Source of the DNA: Eledone cirrhosa
Taxonomy: Eukaryota
DNA length: 64,000 nt
Direction of reading: 5' to 3'
Assembly (NCBI GenBank): GCA_964016885.1
Contig: OZ024743.1
Coordinates: forward strand, 48,174,001 to 48,238,000
The notes under the pieces: model-generated
Told to the model about the DNA's origin: nothing
The model's database searches: none
Seen by the model: only the letters and a program-made list of their open reading frames with translations
In this document: positions 15,081 through 27,350 of the stretch, piece after piece
Position numbering within the stretch: position 1 is the first letter of the stretch
Layout: every line of letters starts with the position of its first letter
Made by a program: the position numbers and the translations under genes

Positions 15081-15875
15081 CATAATAATTGTTTCTACAT
15101 TTTGGCACAAGGCCAGCAATTACCTAGTGCATTACTGGTACTTTATTTTATCTACCCTGTAAGGATGAAAGGCAAAGTTCACCTTGGCGGGATTTGAACT
15201 CAGACCGTAAAGGGATGTAACTATGCTGGGAAGCATGGCGTCCGACCTTCTACTGATACTGCCAACCTCCCTCATAATAATAGCTTCTAATGAAGGCACA
15301 AACCACAAACCAAGTTTGCTTGATCATGGCTGACCTAGGGCTAAACAATATGAGATCAAATTGAATTGACTGGACCTTCATCGGTTTCAACGATGAGTGT
15401 TTCAGTTGTTCAATCAACAGAACAGCAAGAGATTGATCATTTCACAAACATATCTATTCTAAATATAATTCTCAGGGAGATTCAGCATGACAAAGTATGT
15501 GACAAGACTGAACCTTTAGAATACAGCCACAGTCCATCTGAGGGACTTCACAAGGTTTGGGTTTCCCCAAGGTGACACTTGCACAAGATTCCATGCAATG
15601 AGATTGAACCAGGAACTTAATGTTTCGAAATTAAATTTCTTAACCATTTAACAATGCCTGCATTCATACACGTACACACACACATAGACATACACACACA
15701 TGCACTCACATACAAAAGTACACACACATATATACATATAGATACACACACACTAATTCACACACATACACACAAAGATGTACAGGCGTACACACACTAA
15801 GATACTGAAATACACCATAAAAATACACAAGTACAAACACAAAACACATACACAGAAATAATGACACAGGCACAT

Positions 15876-15911
<36 letters not shown>

Positions 15912-16612
15912 ACATATATACAGACTTATACACAGGGAGATAGATAGAGAGTGAGAGAGATGAAGAAGGAGAGATAATTACAACATATACACAAACACAC
16001 ATACACTGGGGAATGAAGTGATAAATTCTACACTCTATATATCAATATGTATAGGTGATTTGGGTGTGTTAGAAGTTGGGAAGTCTTCTGAAGAGTCATG
16101 GCATTGAAGAATGGGCTGGGATAAGTTCCAAAATCTTGTCTAACACTGTCTGTGTAAATGATTGTGTGTAGGTAATTATGCACATGTTTATATATGTATC
16201 ATCATCATCATCTTCGTTTAACGTCCATCTTCCACGCTAGCATATATATATATACATATATATATACATATATATATATACATCATCATCATTTCATCAT
16301 CATTTCATTTTACATCCGCTTTTTCCCTGCTTGCAAGGGTGGGACGGGAACTGATTCTGGCTTGATTTCTACAGCTGGATGCCCTTCCTAACACCAACCT
16401 CATTTACAGTGAGTGCTGGGTGCTTTTTGCCGTGGCACCTCTATGACCACTTTGCAGTGGAATGATATGGACCCTAGTCCCTATCATCTCATTTCTACAG
16501 CTGAGTAAACTGGAGCAATGTGAAATAAAGTGTCTTGCTCAAGGAAACAACACAACACCCGGTCTGAGAATTGAACTCACAACCAATGCTCTAACCACTA
16601 AGCCATGTGCCT

Positions 16613-16682
<70 letters not shown>

Positions 16683-16686
<4 letters not shown>

Positions 16687-19600
16687 TCATCATCATCATC
16701 ATCATCGTTTAACGTCCGTGTTCCACGCTTGCATGGGTTTGGACGGGGGTTTTCCCACTTGAGGCAAGAGTGATTATCTTGCTCGCATAGGACTATCTGG
16801 CGGGTTTTTTACAGCTGGATGCCCTTCCTAACACCAACCACATTTACAGTGTGGGGCTGGGAGGTTTTTACCGTGTTGCCTACACGGCCACATTACAGCG
16901 TGAACTGTGTGTTTTTTTTGACGTGACACCTACACAATCTCATTTGTTTCGGCCTGGATGTTGCGGCACCAACATAACTTTACATTGAAAGGGGCGGTGT
17001 GGATGGGGTGGGGGTGGTGGGACGGGGGTGTATTTTGTTAGAGATGCCTACTGACTGTAGTAGGTTTTACTTTGTATTTAGGTAAGGCGGGTCTTCTCTA
17101 TTACTGAAGAGGTGTAAGTGTGTGAGGTCGGAATTTATCAGCTCGTCCCAAATTTTTCTGAGTCTGCCTATTCCGTGGCTACCGTCTATCTTTATTGACC
17201 TGCACTTTGTTATACAGCTATCGTCCTTCATGCGCATCACGTAACCATACCAACGTAGCCTTCTCTCGAGTAAACAACATCTGATCCCTCTTATTTCTAA
17301 TTTTTTCCTTAGTTCGTTTATGCTTTGCCGTTCACGTATATTACTATTACACATCCAGCGGAGCATGCAAGCTTCGTTTCTCTCTAGTCTGCGTATATCT
17401 TCTGCACACAATGCCAAGGTCTCACTGCCATGCAACATTGCTGTTCGTATGCAGGCATCGTACAACCTGCCTTTCATTTTTAGGGAGAACCCTTTAGCGG
17501 CTAATAGTGGTATAAGCTCTCTGAACTTTTTCCATCCAGTTCTGACTCTAGCTACTGTACTTTCAGAGCACCCTCCCCCACTGCTGATTTTGTCACCCAG
17601 GTAACGGAAGCTGTCCACTATTTCTATAGAACCTTCTGCGCAATTGAAAGAGCTAGTATTTTGTGGGTACTTGCTGCTACTTATTGCACCAGAGCACCGG
17701 CCACATGTAAAATCTATATTCTTAGTTAGCTTACCTGTGATCCCACTACATCTTTTATGCACCCATACTTTGCATTTGGGACATAAAATGGAGTTTCTAC
17801 CTACGCCTTTCCTACACATTGAGCATGGCCACTTCCTGGAAGGGACCGCTGCCTTATTTTCTTTCTTACAAACTAGAACTTTAGTCTTAGCCAGGTTAAT
17901 TTTAAGGCCTTTTGATTCTAGGCCGTGCTTCCATGTTTGGAATTTCTTCTCTAGCTCGGCCATTGATTCAGCTATGAGTGTTAGGTCATCTGCGTATAGA
18001 AGTTCTCATGGGCAACCGGTCTTGAACTCCTCTGTTATAGCCTGAAGGGCAATAATAAATAGTAGGGGGCTGAGAACAGAGCCCTGATGGACGCCAACTT
18101 TTACGCTAAACTCTTCACTATATTCGTTGTTAATTCTAACCTTGCTGACTGTTTCTTTATACATGGCTTGTATAGCTCTCACAAGCCATTCATCAACACC
18201 TAGTTTTCTAAGAGCCCACCAGATAATGGACCGGGGGACTCTGTCGAAGGCTTTCTCCAAGTCGAAAAAAGCTAAGTATAGGGGTTTACTTTTAGCTAGG
18301 TACTTCTCCTGTAGTTGTCGTACAATGAAAAGAGCGTCTGTGGTACTTTTTCCTGACACAAACCCGAACTGCATTTCATCTAGATCAATTCTCTCTCTGA
18401 TTAGTTGCACTATTACTTTTTCCGTGACCTTCATGACCTGGTCGATTAATTTAATGCCTCTATAGTTACTCCTATCTAGGGCATCTCCTTTACCCTTATA
18501 ACAGTTAACGATGCTGCTGCTACGCCAGTCCTTCGGAACAACCCCATTCTGTACGACTTGGTTAACTATCCGGGTGACCATGGTGTGTCCCACCGTACCA
18601 GATGCCTTCAGCATCTCGGCAACTAATTCCGAAGGCCCAGCCGCCTTACCCGTCTTCATATCTTTGATTGCCTTACTTATTATACTACCTTCAACTTGCA
18701 CTGCTGGTCCCTCTATTGGATCGATGTGGGGGAGACTGTCTTTCTCCCATTTATTCTCCTCATTTAGTAGCCTTTCATAGTGACACTTCCAAACTACCTT
18801 CTTATCAGCGTCAGTGATGGCAAGTACGCCGTCATCATTAAGTACACACTTCTCCCCGACAATATCATGGTTTTCCTTGACACATTGCCTAGCAATCCTG
18901 AACACCTCACGTTTTTGGTCCTCGCGTTGTAGAACATGCTTGAACTTTCTTTCCTCTGCTTCCCTTCTTGCGAAGTACACTTGTCTCCTAGCTTCCCTCC
19001 TGGCCACTTGATAGTCTTCTCTGCTTCCCCCATCCCGCCATACTTTCCAAGCCTGCTTTTTGGCCTTAATTGACCCCTCCACCTTACTGTTCCACCACCA
19101 TGTTACTCTCCTCCTGCCTACAGGCCTGCTCCAGCCACAGACTTCGTCTGCCGCCATCAGCAGGTTTGCTTTCAGGAATTCCCACTGCTCCTCTATATTG
19201 TACGACTCTAATTGCTCTTCCTTACTGTCGAAAGCATCAAATAGTATACTTTTGAATTTATTTCTGGCTGTGGGGTCCTTTAGCTTCCATATTTTTCTCC
19301 TGAGGATAGTCCTCTTCTGTTGTCTAGTACGTCTCATCCTGACTATTAGGTCGCTAATTATCAGTCTATGTTGGGAGGTGCATTCTTCATGGGGGAGGGA
19401 TTTAGTGTTTACAACAGACACTCTGTCACGTCTTCTGGTAAGGATATAATCTACCTGGCTTGTGTGTTCCCCCGATCTATAGGTGATCAGGTGATTGTCA
19501 CGTTTTTTGAAGTTAGTGTTACAGATAGTTAGGTTATTTGCGTCACAGAATTCCAGGATTCTGGAGCCTTCCTTATTTCTAGTACCAAACCCATAGCCTC

Positions 19601-20642
19601 CATGGATTTCGCCGTAGCCGTCACAATGTTGTTCAACGTGACCATTTAGGTCGCCTGCAATCATTATATAGTCACTGTCGGTTATTTGGGAGGTAGTGAG
19701 CATCAGTGTCTCATAGAATCTGTCTTTTATAGTGCCGGGCAGTCCGGATTGGGGTGCGTACGCAGATATTACTGTCACCGTCGTTCTACTGAGGACAAGT
19801 CTTATTTTAATTATTCTGTCGTTCACTCTATTTACGTCTATTATCTTATCTGCCCACTTTTCTGCTACCATGATTCCTACTCCACCCAGCCCATTGTCAT
19901 TTCCCACCCAGAAAAGCTTATAGCATCGTTTTTTACCCACAATGAATCTAGCAGACCCACCCCTCCACCTGGTCTCTTGAATACAACAAACATCGACCTC
20001 CTTACGTTCAAGCATTTCTACAACCTCGTTAGAGCGACCCTTTAAGGTGCCTACATTCATGATACCAACTCTGAAGTTTTGGATTGCGTTTGGAGGGTGG
20101 GAGCGGGGGGAGATGGGGTTATGTTAGCCATCCGCGGCCGAAACAAAGAGGAATGCTCGCTTTCTCGTCCACGAGGTGAATTTGTCTTTATCTTTGGCAT
20201 TGTCGCTGAGCGTCCAGATTTTTCTCTCTTCAACTCTCCGGAATTCCGTAGTCCTTCTATCCGTCATATCGAAGGCGACCAGGTAAGCGATAGTATAGGC
20301 CTCTGGCTTATGATTGGTCCACGTAATAATAATGGTGGTGCGTGGGGGCGGGAGGGAGGGGTGCTGAGTTGTTAGCGAGAAGAATAGGTTTAGGTTTAAG
20401 TAAGATCCTCGTATTTAACAAGCGATAACAAAAATACAAGATTTGTTTAGTAAAATACGACAAAAACTTCGTATTTAACAAGCAATAACAAAAAATACAA
20501 GATTTGTTTTGGAAAATACGAGAAAATACACAGCATACAGGAGGATTTGTTTTGGAAATAGGATAGAATAGCTAGTAGTGAAGCAAGAATTTGAATCTGA
20601 GGATAGAAAATACGAGAAAATACACAGAATACAGGAGGATTT

Positions 20643-20645
<3 letters not shown>
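16683..20645 (-). mobile_element. Near full-length RTE-clade LINE (APE endonuclease + RT with internal PHD-type finger), inactivated
   Basis: ORFs 20060-18006 and 17963-17067 are one frame split by a TGG>TGA stop. Motifs: NVGTL/QETRW/YAPQ/GDLNGH/SQVDY/SQH (APE) and DLEKAFD/GVHQGSVLSP/YADD (RT). Has a (GAT)n tail, repetitive 5' leader and (TA)n on both flanks, plus a 38-bp deletion near the C-terminus relative to other copies. Confidence 0.95.
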
Positions 20646-20680
<35 letters not shown>

Positions 20681-20733
20681 GTAAGTATGTATGTATACGT
20701 ACATACATATATGTATACAGACGTACAGTAGCA

Positions 20734-20797
<64 letters not shown>

Positions 20798-20946
20798 CAG
20801 GCACACATATATATATGTACGTATCAGTTTAGCGAACATTTATTATAATGTTCGCTTTGTTCGTTTGTAAACAAACGGACAGACTGATTTATGCCGTACG
20901 GTGTTAAGGCAACCACGTCACCTTTTTGTTCAACACTGACACAGGA

Positions 20947-20989
20947 ACGATGTACTAGTTTCAAGCTTGTTAGCTATCGTCAGCACCGT
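20947..20989 (-). ncRNA. Minimal type I hammerhead ribozyme motif
   Basis: Minus strand: ACGGUG CUGACGA U-AGCU-AACA-AGCU-U GAAAC UA GUA^ CAUCGU, with a 6-bp stem I, 4-bp stem II and palindromic stem III ACUAGU. Confidence 0.75.
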
Positions 20990-21084
20990 ATACCCTTCTG
21001 CCAGATGGTTGAACGTTCGAAAGTATATACTTTCCTTATGAAAATTAACGGCTGAGCAGCCTAATTTGCATATCGAGTGAGTTC

Positions 21085-21136
<52 letters not shown>

Positions 21137-22814
21137 ATAAATCATGTCTACAGAATTATTAGATAAACAAAATATATACTCCATTTCCTCTTCCAAACAG
21201 CACAATCAACCATATAAAAATCAATTATACTAAGCCAAAAGGATAAAAGCTCCTATGAAGAAATCTCCGACAAACAAACGAGAGTGGCCTCTTCGCGTTA
21301 TCCACAGCAGGTTATTTATCCAACATTTCGACAGCATGCATAAATCGACCAAGTACATAATTAACCATATGCCATTCGGTGTAAAATCAAACATAGAAGA
21401 ACTGTGTACATACCGTAACTATCTCTACCATGGTTTCATCCGTATTTTTAGATATCCTATTAATAGTGTTCAAACCGGCCAAAACCGGCCAGAATTCTCT
21501 ACCTCTTTCTGTTGAAACTGGCTGCAACTGGTCACTCAAACTGATGTTAAGGTATTGTTTTCAAAATAAATACTTTCAAAATCTCATAGATTCGTTATTA
21601 TTTGAGATAATTATGTGAAGTAAAGCCTTTACCATTAATATATAATAGTATATATAAAATAATGTGAATGCTAAAGAGTTAATTACACAAATATTTTTAA
21701 GGGTATCATCATCATCATCATCATCATCATTTTACGTCCGCTTTTCCCTGCTTGCAAGGGTGGGATGGGTCCTATTCAGCACAGCATCTCTCCATTTGTC
21801 ACGGTCCTTTGTCATCACCACCTCCGCCCATGTTTTTCGTGGTCTTCCTCTACTGTGTCTTCCTTCTACTGGGATTTCTTGGCACTTCTTTACCCAGTGG
21901 TCATCCTCCATGCGCATCACATATCCATACCCTATGTATATTGAGGTGGCGAATTAGTAGTCATTAGAATGTCAGATAGAATGCTTTGCACTATTCATTC
22001 TGACCCTCTGTTCTCAGAGTTCAAATCCTGCTGAGGTCAACTTTGCCTTTCATCCTTTCGAGGTTGATAAAAAGTACCAGTCAAGTACTGGGGTCGATTC
22101 TTCTTCTATATCTCTTTCTTGTTTCCTCTCTCTCTCTTTCTATCTTTCTCTGGAAGAAATCTGCTGTACTCAGACCTGGAGTGGGATGAGCCCCGCCAGG
22201 CTTAAGATACCCAAGAAATGCTGTACGTCAATACGGCGCCACTACGACTCTATCAGGTGTTATGAGACAAACAAGATATTTATATTATAAATGATATGAA
22301 GACGGGCAAATCAGCTGAACTCAGCTGAGATTCTGAAAGCATCTGGGATGGTACGTCACACATTAACCCCATGTATTGTAAATTGGGTAATCCATGATGG
22401 TGTCATACACAATAAGTTGTATAGCAGCTACACCATCCATTGCTTCAAGGGCAAGGAAACTATCCAATCCAGGGCCTTCTCATTCCTATTGGAGGAGCCA
22501 CTCCCTGGTTGACCTCCATCAGTTTCTTTGGTTTGGTACATGTCAGAAATGTAGGTGTACCCACTACACTTGGCCAATTGGCGGTTGGTGAGGTTATTTA
22601 ACCCATAGTTGGGGTAGATGGTTGTTGACTCTGAGGAGTTAATCAGCCCTTTTAACAACTCTTGTTATTTGTGCTGATGAGGTTCCACTTACCCTCCTTA
22701 TCAGACCAGGGTCTGGTGGGGGAGCTGGTTTAGTCACTGACCACTTGACCATCAAGCTGGTTGCATTTGGTTACATGGTACCAGTAGCAGGCAGAAGCCT
22801 AACCTGACCAATAG

Positions 22815-23300
22815 AGACATCAAATTGTTGGACCAGGTCATGAAAGTTATGTCAGAGAATTAACAATGAGTATAGTGAAGAATTAAGAATAAAGGTGAGT
22901 GTCCACCAGGATTCTGTCCTTAGCTCCCGTCTGTTTATTATAATCCTTCAGGCCATAATATAGGAGTTTAAGACTGACTGTCCATAGGAACACCTGTATG
23001 CATGACCTGGTTCTCATTGCTGAATCTACTAAGAAACTAGAGAAGGAATTCTAGACTTGGAAGCAAAACCTAAAAGGCCTCAACGTCAATTAGTCAAGAC
23101 TAAAGTTCTAGTATGTAGGAAAGATGACTGGGCCAATTCCATCAGGGAAATGGCCTTGCTTAATATACAAATATGATGATGATAGAAATTCCATACAGTA
23201 TACACAATGTTGCAGGGTCTTGGGCAGGCTAACATAGAATGTAGGCTATGTATGTGGCAGATGCACAGGTGAAGTAAGCAGCACTCAAATGAAACAAACA
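22815..23300 (+). mobile_element. Old decayed RTE RT fragment
   Basis: Degenerate IKLLDQVMKV, VHQDSVLS, EFKTDCP and KTKVLVCRK. Confidence 0.7.
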
Positions 23301-25567
23301 CTAACAACTATATATATATATATATATATCATCATCATCATCATCACCGTTTAATGTCTATTTTCCAAGCTAGCATGGATTAGACAAGTTGCTCTGTTGC
23401 GAGGACAAACTAGATCCAATGACTATGACTTGCTCATATAGAACTGATTTTGGTTTGAATTCTACAGCTGGATGCCCTTCCTAATGCTAACCACATTGGT
23501 TAGCATTAGGAAGGGCGCTTTTTGTCATGTCACCTACATGACCACCTTTCATTGTGGTCTGCGCATTTTTTGTTTTGTTGTGACACCTACATGACTGCTT
23601 TACAGTGTGGGCTGGGGACTTTTTATTGTATGACCACTTTACAGTGAACTGGGAACTTGGGTGGAGGGATTGGGGAGCTAGATCTAGAGGCATGTGCGAG
23701 GGGGTGGGGTATTCAGGTGCAGGTGGAGGTGTACGAGGAGGAGGGACGTGAATGGGAGAGGGGCAAGGTAGTGCATACAAGATGTATGCTTCAACCCATG
23801 CACATGGGAAGGTGAGTCTTCTGTATTATTGCAATAAGCCAGAGATCTTGATCCTGTGTCATCGTCTTCATGAGGGGCAATTGTGCAAGGCCAACTTTTA
23901 TCACCTCACCCCAAGTCTTTCTACACTGCAGTTTCCATCAACCTTGAGCCCTCCTGCACATAAAAATATATATATAAAAATATATATATAAACAGAGAGA
24001 GAGAGAGGGGGGGGGAGAGTTACCATAAATGGCAGACCAATGGACTGAATATATATTACAGTATTTAGATTTTACATTTTGAGTTCAAGTCCCACACAGG
24101 TTAACCTTTGCCTTGCATCATTTCAGGCATTGATAAAAAATAAGGTTCCAGTAACGATGGTATACAGAGTGATGATGTAGCTCTAATTTTAAGTTTTCAG
24201 TGGGTTTATAGCATTGAACCCCTTCCCTCCTTCCATACCTCAGCCTTACTGACCTTAGCATGCTCCCAGTTCCCAAAATACATTTTCACCACTGCAAACC
24301 CACCATTGACTGCAGATCAATTCATTTAACTAGAACCATCTGCTAGAAATGTGGCAACATGCCAAAGAAACAATAGATTCTAAAGATTGTCAGATTGTCA
24401 CACACGTTTAATATAGATTTATAACGTTGGCAGAATATAATTTCCTAATTTTGGAAGAAGACCACAAATTATTTTTTTTTTTATGTCTTAGAAGAGATAA
24501 GGCAGAGTCTAGCTCTTTTCAGGGAATTTGCAACTTTGAACTTGTTTTACTATCTAGTGTTAAATTCTTTATATTTCATACATATTTTCTTATGATAAAG
24601 AAGCTAAGATATATATTGCAATACAATATTTCCTCAAGTCTAATTTTTTATGCCAACCAGTGTACACTCTAGTATATTTACTTTATGTTTCTCCCATTAT
24701 TACTTTGGCAAGTACAGTAAAGTTAATGCGTTGCTGATGATGTCATAATAGGACTGAAACATGTCCAGAGTTAGATTACCTTTGATTAGAACTTTTTATG
24801 ATCAAGGTCAATTCAAGTGTATCCAAGACAACATTATTTAATGTGTGCTTTCATTGGGGACAGTATAAAAGCAAATTACAGGGGGAAATAATAAGCAAGA
24901 CGCAGTGTGGAATTTATATTATTATTAATAAACAGGGCAGTTAACTTTGACTTTCATCCTTACAGGGTCGATAAAATAACGTACCGTCCCGCACTGGGAT
25001 TGATTTAATCCACTTTCTCTTCCTCCAAATTGCTGGCCTTGGGCCTATATAAGAAACCATTATTAAAGGCGGGATTGGCAATATCGGTAGAGAGTCGAAC
25101 GCCATGCTTTGACGCATAGTTACGGCCCTTGCCATTCTGAGTTCAAATCCCGCCGAGGTTAACTTTGCCTTTCATCCTTACGGGGTCGATAAAATAAAGT
25201 ACCAGTAATGCACTCGGTAATTGCTGGCCTTGTGTCTAAAAGTAGAAACAATTATTACTTTGTCATGCAGTATAGATGGAAAATACATTGGAGTATTTAG
25301 TCATCTGTCAAGTCACAAGGACCTCAGACAGATAATAATTCTCTTAAAACGTATGCAGTGCCTAGCAGGGCTGATCTTTGTATGACATCAGTCTTGCATG
25401 GTATTCCTAAATACTTTAAGAAGTCTTGAAGTTTCAATGAGATTGACTCTAATGCCCAAATCACAACAGGTATCATTTTCACATTACCCTCTCGCATTCC
25501 AAACAGTGTACCCTCTCCATTTTCAATTCAAAGTACTTGTGGATTTTTTCAACCTTTTTACTCACAA

Positions 25568-25980
25568 TCATCATCATCATCATCATCGTTTAACGTCCAT
25601 CTTCCACGCTTGCATGGGTTTGGAAGGGAGGTTTCCCACTTGAAGCAAGATTTGTTGTCCTGCTCGTATAGGACTGTCTGGCGGGTTTTCTACGGCTGGA
25701 TGCCCTTCCTAACACCAACTACGTTTACAGTGTGGACTGAGAGGTTTTTACCATGTTACCTACACGGCCACATTACAGTGTGGACTGTGTGTTTTTTTTG
25801 TTGTGACACCTACACGACCTCATTTGTTTCGGACTGGATGTTGTGGTACCAACATAACTTTACATTTAAAGGGGTGGTGTGGATGGGGTGGCGGTAGTGG
25901 GACGGGGGGGGGGTATTTTGTTAGAGGTGCCTACTGACTGTAGGTTTCGCTTTGTACTTAGGCAAGGCGGGTCTTCTGTG
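25568..25980 (-). mobile_element. RTE 3' UTR fragment
   Basis: (CAT)n-CGTTTAACGTCC...GGATGCCCTTCCTAACACCAAC...GGCAAGGCGGGTCTTC, matching 16683-17100. Confidence 0.8.
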
Positions 25981-26194
25981 TGTATTTGTGTTATTTGGTA
26001 TGGCTACATCTGGCAGTATTTGTCTTTCTTGTTCAATGTGACAATGTCCAGTTGGCAATGCTCAATTACTCTATCAGTCTGAAAATCGTAAGCCCATAAT
26101 ATTGTTGCCTTTTTTTATTGGCCACTAAGGCTGAAAATATATGATAGACAGGGACAGTGGAAGAGAGACAGAAAACAGGAAACAAATAACAAAT

Positions 26195-27350
26195 TGATAC
26201 TCCTAATATGCTGATGATCTAATCCTCATAGCTGAATCTACCACAGAATTAGAGAAGAAATTCCAGACTTAGGAGCAAAAGTTCTTAAAGTCAACTTGGC
26301 AAAGACTAAAGTCCTAGTAAGTAGAAAGGAAACAGGACCCAGATCCCTTCAGTGTGCAGGAAAGGAGTAGGTAAGAAATTCCATCCTATGCAAACTATGG
26401 CTATGTCCTAAATGCAAACTATGTGTATACAAGAGATGTAGTGGGATCACAGGCCAGCAAAGTGCATTGGCTTTATATGTGGTCAATATACAGGAGTAGT
26501 AAATAGCAAACGCTCACAGGAAACAAACTCTATTGAATTCATAGAGCGCTCCATAGAAGCAGTTGACATCTTCTGTTACCTGGGTGGCCAAATTAGCAGT
26601 GGAAGTAGTTTTCCCAAAGTACAGTAGCCAGAGTGAGAATGGGATGGAAAAAGTTCAAGGAGCTACTACCATTGCTAGCTACAAAATGTTATCCCCTCAA
26701 AATGAAGGGCAGATTGTATGACACTGCATGGAAGCGAGATCTGAGCAGGCACCTACAAAGATTGGAAAGAAATTAAACTTGCATGCTTTGATGGATGTGT
26801 ATGAATGGCCAAGCATCAATGAACTGAGAGAGAAACTGGGTATAAGAGGGATCAGATGCAGTGGACAGGAGAGGAGATTGTGGTGTTATGTGTGTGTGTG
26901 TGTGACAGCTCACACCTATGCAGGTTTAACTGGCCTCCTCCAAGGTATATCTCGTTGGAGGTGTCTTGGGTGATTTAATGATAGGGACCCCAGTCCTATC
27001 ATCTCATTTCTACAGCAGAGTAAACTGGAGCAACATGAAATAAAGTGTCTTGCTCAAGGAAACAACACATCACCCGGTCCAAGAATTGAACTCACAATCT
27101 TTTAATTGCAAGCCCAATGCTCTAACCACTAAGCCATGTGCCTTATGGACATATAATGTATATGAAGGATGACAGCTGTGCAGGGCACTAAAAGTCGATG
27201 GAAACTTTGGAAGAGAAAGACCTTGGAAAGCTTAAGATAAAGTGAAAGAAGCTGACCTAGCCCAATTAAACCTCTCAAATGAGATGGTAGAAGATTGAGA
27301 TATCTGGTGTTATGCTGAGCTGCAGAAGACCTGCCTTCCTATGTGCACAG
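26195..27350 (+). mobile_element. Old decayed RTE (PHD-type) fragment interrupted by a CORE-SINE piece (~26985-27146)
   Basis: Degenerate YADDL, KTKVLV, finger cysteines, GWKKF.ELLPLL and LREKLGIRGI. Confidence 0.75.

Noticed and set aside
18006-18008. TGA at a conserved Trp that A-to-I editing (UGA to UGI) could repair
   Set aside because: The copy has other lesions (38-bp C-terminal deletion, W>L, H>Y and P>L changes), so ordinary decay explains it.
17320-20045. Plus-strand ORFs of 60-170 aa over the LINEs (also at 47, 61 and 62 kb)
   Set aside because: Antisense shadows of the RT frame; they recur only because the element is repeated.
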